DNA from: a virus
Taxonomy: Duplodnaviria; Caudoviricetes
Length of the DNA: 33,645 bases
IMG/VR virus record: IMGVR_UViG_3300021086_000014
Coordinates: 1-33,645 of that record
Direction: 5' to 3' (one strand)
Shown here: in pieces, positions 33,080-33,645 of the stretch
Position numbering within the stretch: position 1 is the first letter of the stretch
How the letters are laid out: the number at the start of each line of letters is the position of its first letter
Position numbers and translations under genes: made by a program
Notes under the pieces: model-generated
What the model was told of the DNA's origin: nothing
What the model saw: only the letters and a program-made list of their open reading frames with translations
The model's database searches: none

Positions 33080-33374
33080 GGCCGCCCCAGCGCATCAGTG
33101 CCTCGGCCTCGCCGCCGTAGTACAACTCGCCGTCGAAGGTCATGACCGCCGGATCGCTGACGCTCGTAGCCGTGAAGCCTTCCGGTATCCGCGGCCAGCG
33201 CGCGGACCGGGTGAGGCAGTGCGGGTACTTCGCGCACGGCAGGTACTCCCGCGGCGTGTGGATGCCGTTGGCGAGGTGGAGGATCGCCTCGTCAAGGCGC
33301 GTCTTGACGGACGCGGCCCACTCGGCGTGTCCGGCGTCCCGGTGGTCTGCGTGCACGGATCCATGATGCGGCAT
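33072..33374 (-). CDS. Hypothetical protein (about 100 aa)
   Basis: Best GC3 frame in the interval. Start uncertain. Confidence 0.6.
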   Translation of the reverse strand: MPHHGSVHADHRDAGHAEWAASVKTRLDEAILHLANGIHTPREYLPCAKYPHCLTRSARWPRIPEGFTATSVSDPAVMTFDGELYYGGEAEALMRWGGRG

Positions 33375-33396
33375 AGGGGCGGGCGCCTGCCCGGCC

Positions 33397-33603
33397 TCAG
33401 GCGAGCGGGACGCCGTTCAGGACGCCGCTGGTGCACAGCGACTCGTGCGCGTCGCGGGCGCGCAGGTGGTCCGCGAGCGTCCACGAGTCGTTCGCCGTCC
33501 ACGCCGCGCCGCAGAACTCCCGGCCCCCGGCGCGGCACAGCAGTACCCGGAACAACCCGTCGGTGGCGCCGAAACTGCCGCCCAACCGGCGGGGCATCAA
33601 CAC
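33397..33603 (-). CDS. Small Cys/His-containing protein (68 aa)
   Basis: GAGAGGGG SD-like sequence upstream. C-x7-C...H-x6-H-x3-C could bind a metal. Confidence 0.55.
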   Translation of the reverse strand: MLMPRRLGGSFGATDGLFRVLLCRAGGREFCGAAWTANDSWTLADHLRARDAHESLCTSGVLNGVPLA

Positions 33604-33645
33604 CCGGCCACCCCTCTCACGCCGCGCGCATCCCCGCCAGCCAAC

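Larger units (their letters stand above)
1..33645. mobile_element. Temperate actinobacterial siphovirus genome segment (head, tail, lysis, integration, immunity and start of early region)
   Basis: Canonical syntenic order portal-protease-capsid-connectors-major tail-chaperone-tape measure-tail tip-lysis-integrase-repressor/Cro. Very high GC, frequent GTGA/ATGA/TTGA coupled overlaps, no host housekeeping gene seen. Confidence 0.97.

Noticed and set aside
1-33645. tRNA, rRNA or other structured RNA genes
   Set aside because: Intergenic gaps are short and show only simple hairpins. I recognised no cloverleaf or rRNA-like sequence by eye; a tRNAscan-SE/Infernal run would confirm.

Overview
The whole window is a contiguous ~33.6 kb part of a very GC-rich temperate actinobacterial siphovirus, read almost entirely on the minus strand. 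From right to left the order is: a cluster of small Cys-rich genes; a portal gene carrying a LAGLIDADG intein and fused in frame to a MuF domain; prohead protease-scaffold; HK97-fold major capsid protein; head accessory genes, including a NUMOD3/protamine-like basic protein; head-tail connectors; major tail protein; frameshifted tail assembly chaperone; tape measure; tail-tip proteins; an expanded lysis region (PLD-family enzyme, DUF1003-like membrane protein, endolysin, membrane proteins, collagen-like protein); large serine integrase; repressor/Cro switch with clear operators; and early genes. Phage genes flank the integrase on both sides, so this looks like the unintegrated (attP-intact) form. 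Terminase is not in the window. The most notable signals are: (i) a C CCA AAA slippery site with an immediate -1 stop at the portal/MuF junction, in a gene that also carries an intein; (ii) short AT-rich codon patches, some with TTA, on conserved head-gene motifs; (iii) a translationally coupled PLD-DUF1003-endolysin cassette with an internal endolysin start; (iv) one beta-rich module reused in four virion proteins; and (v) a protamine-like head-module protein. Family assignments come from motif recognition by eye, not from database searches.
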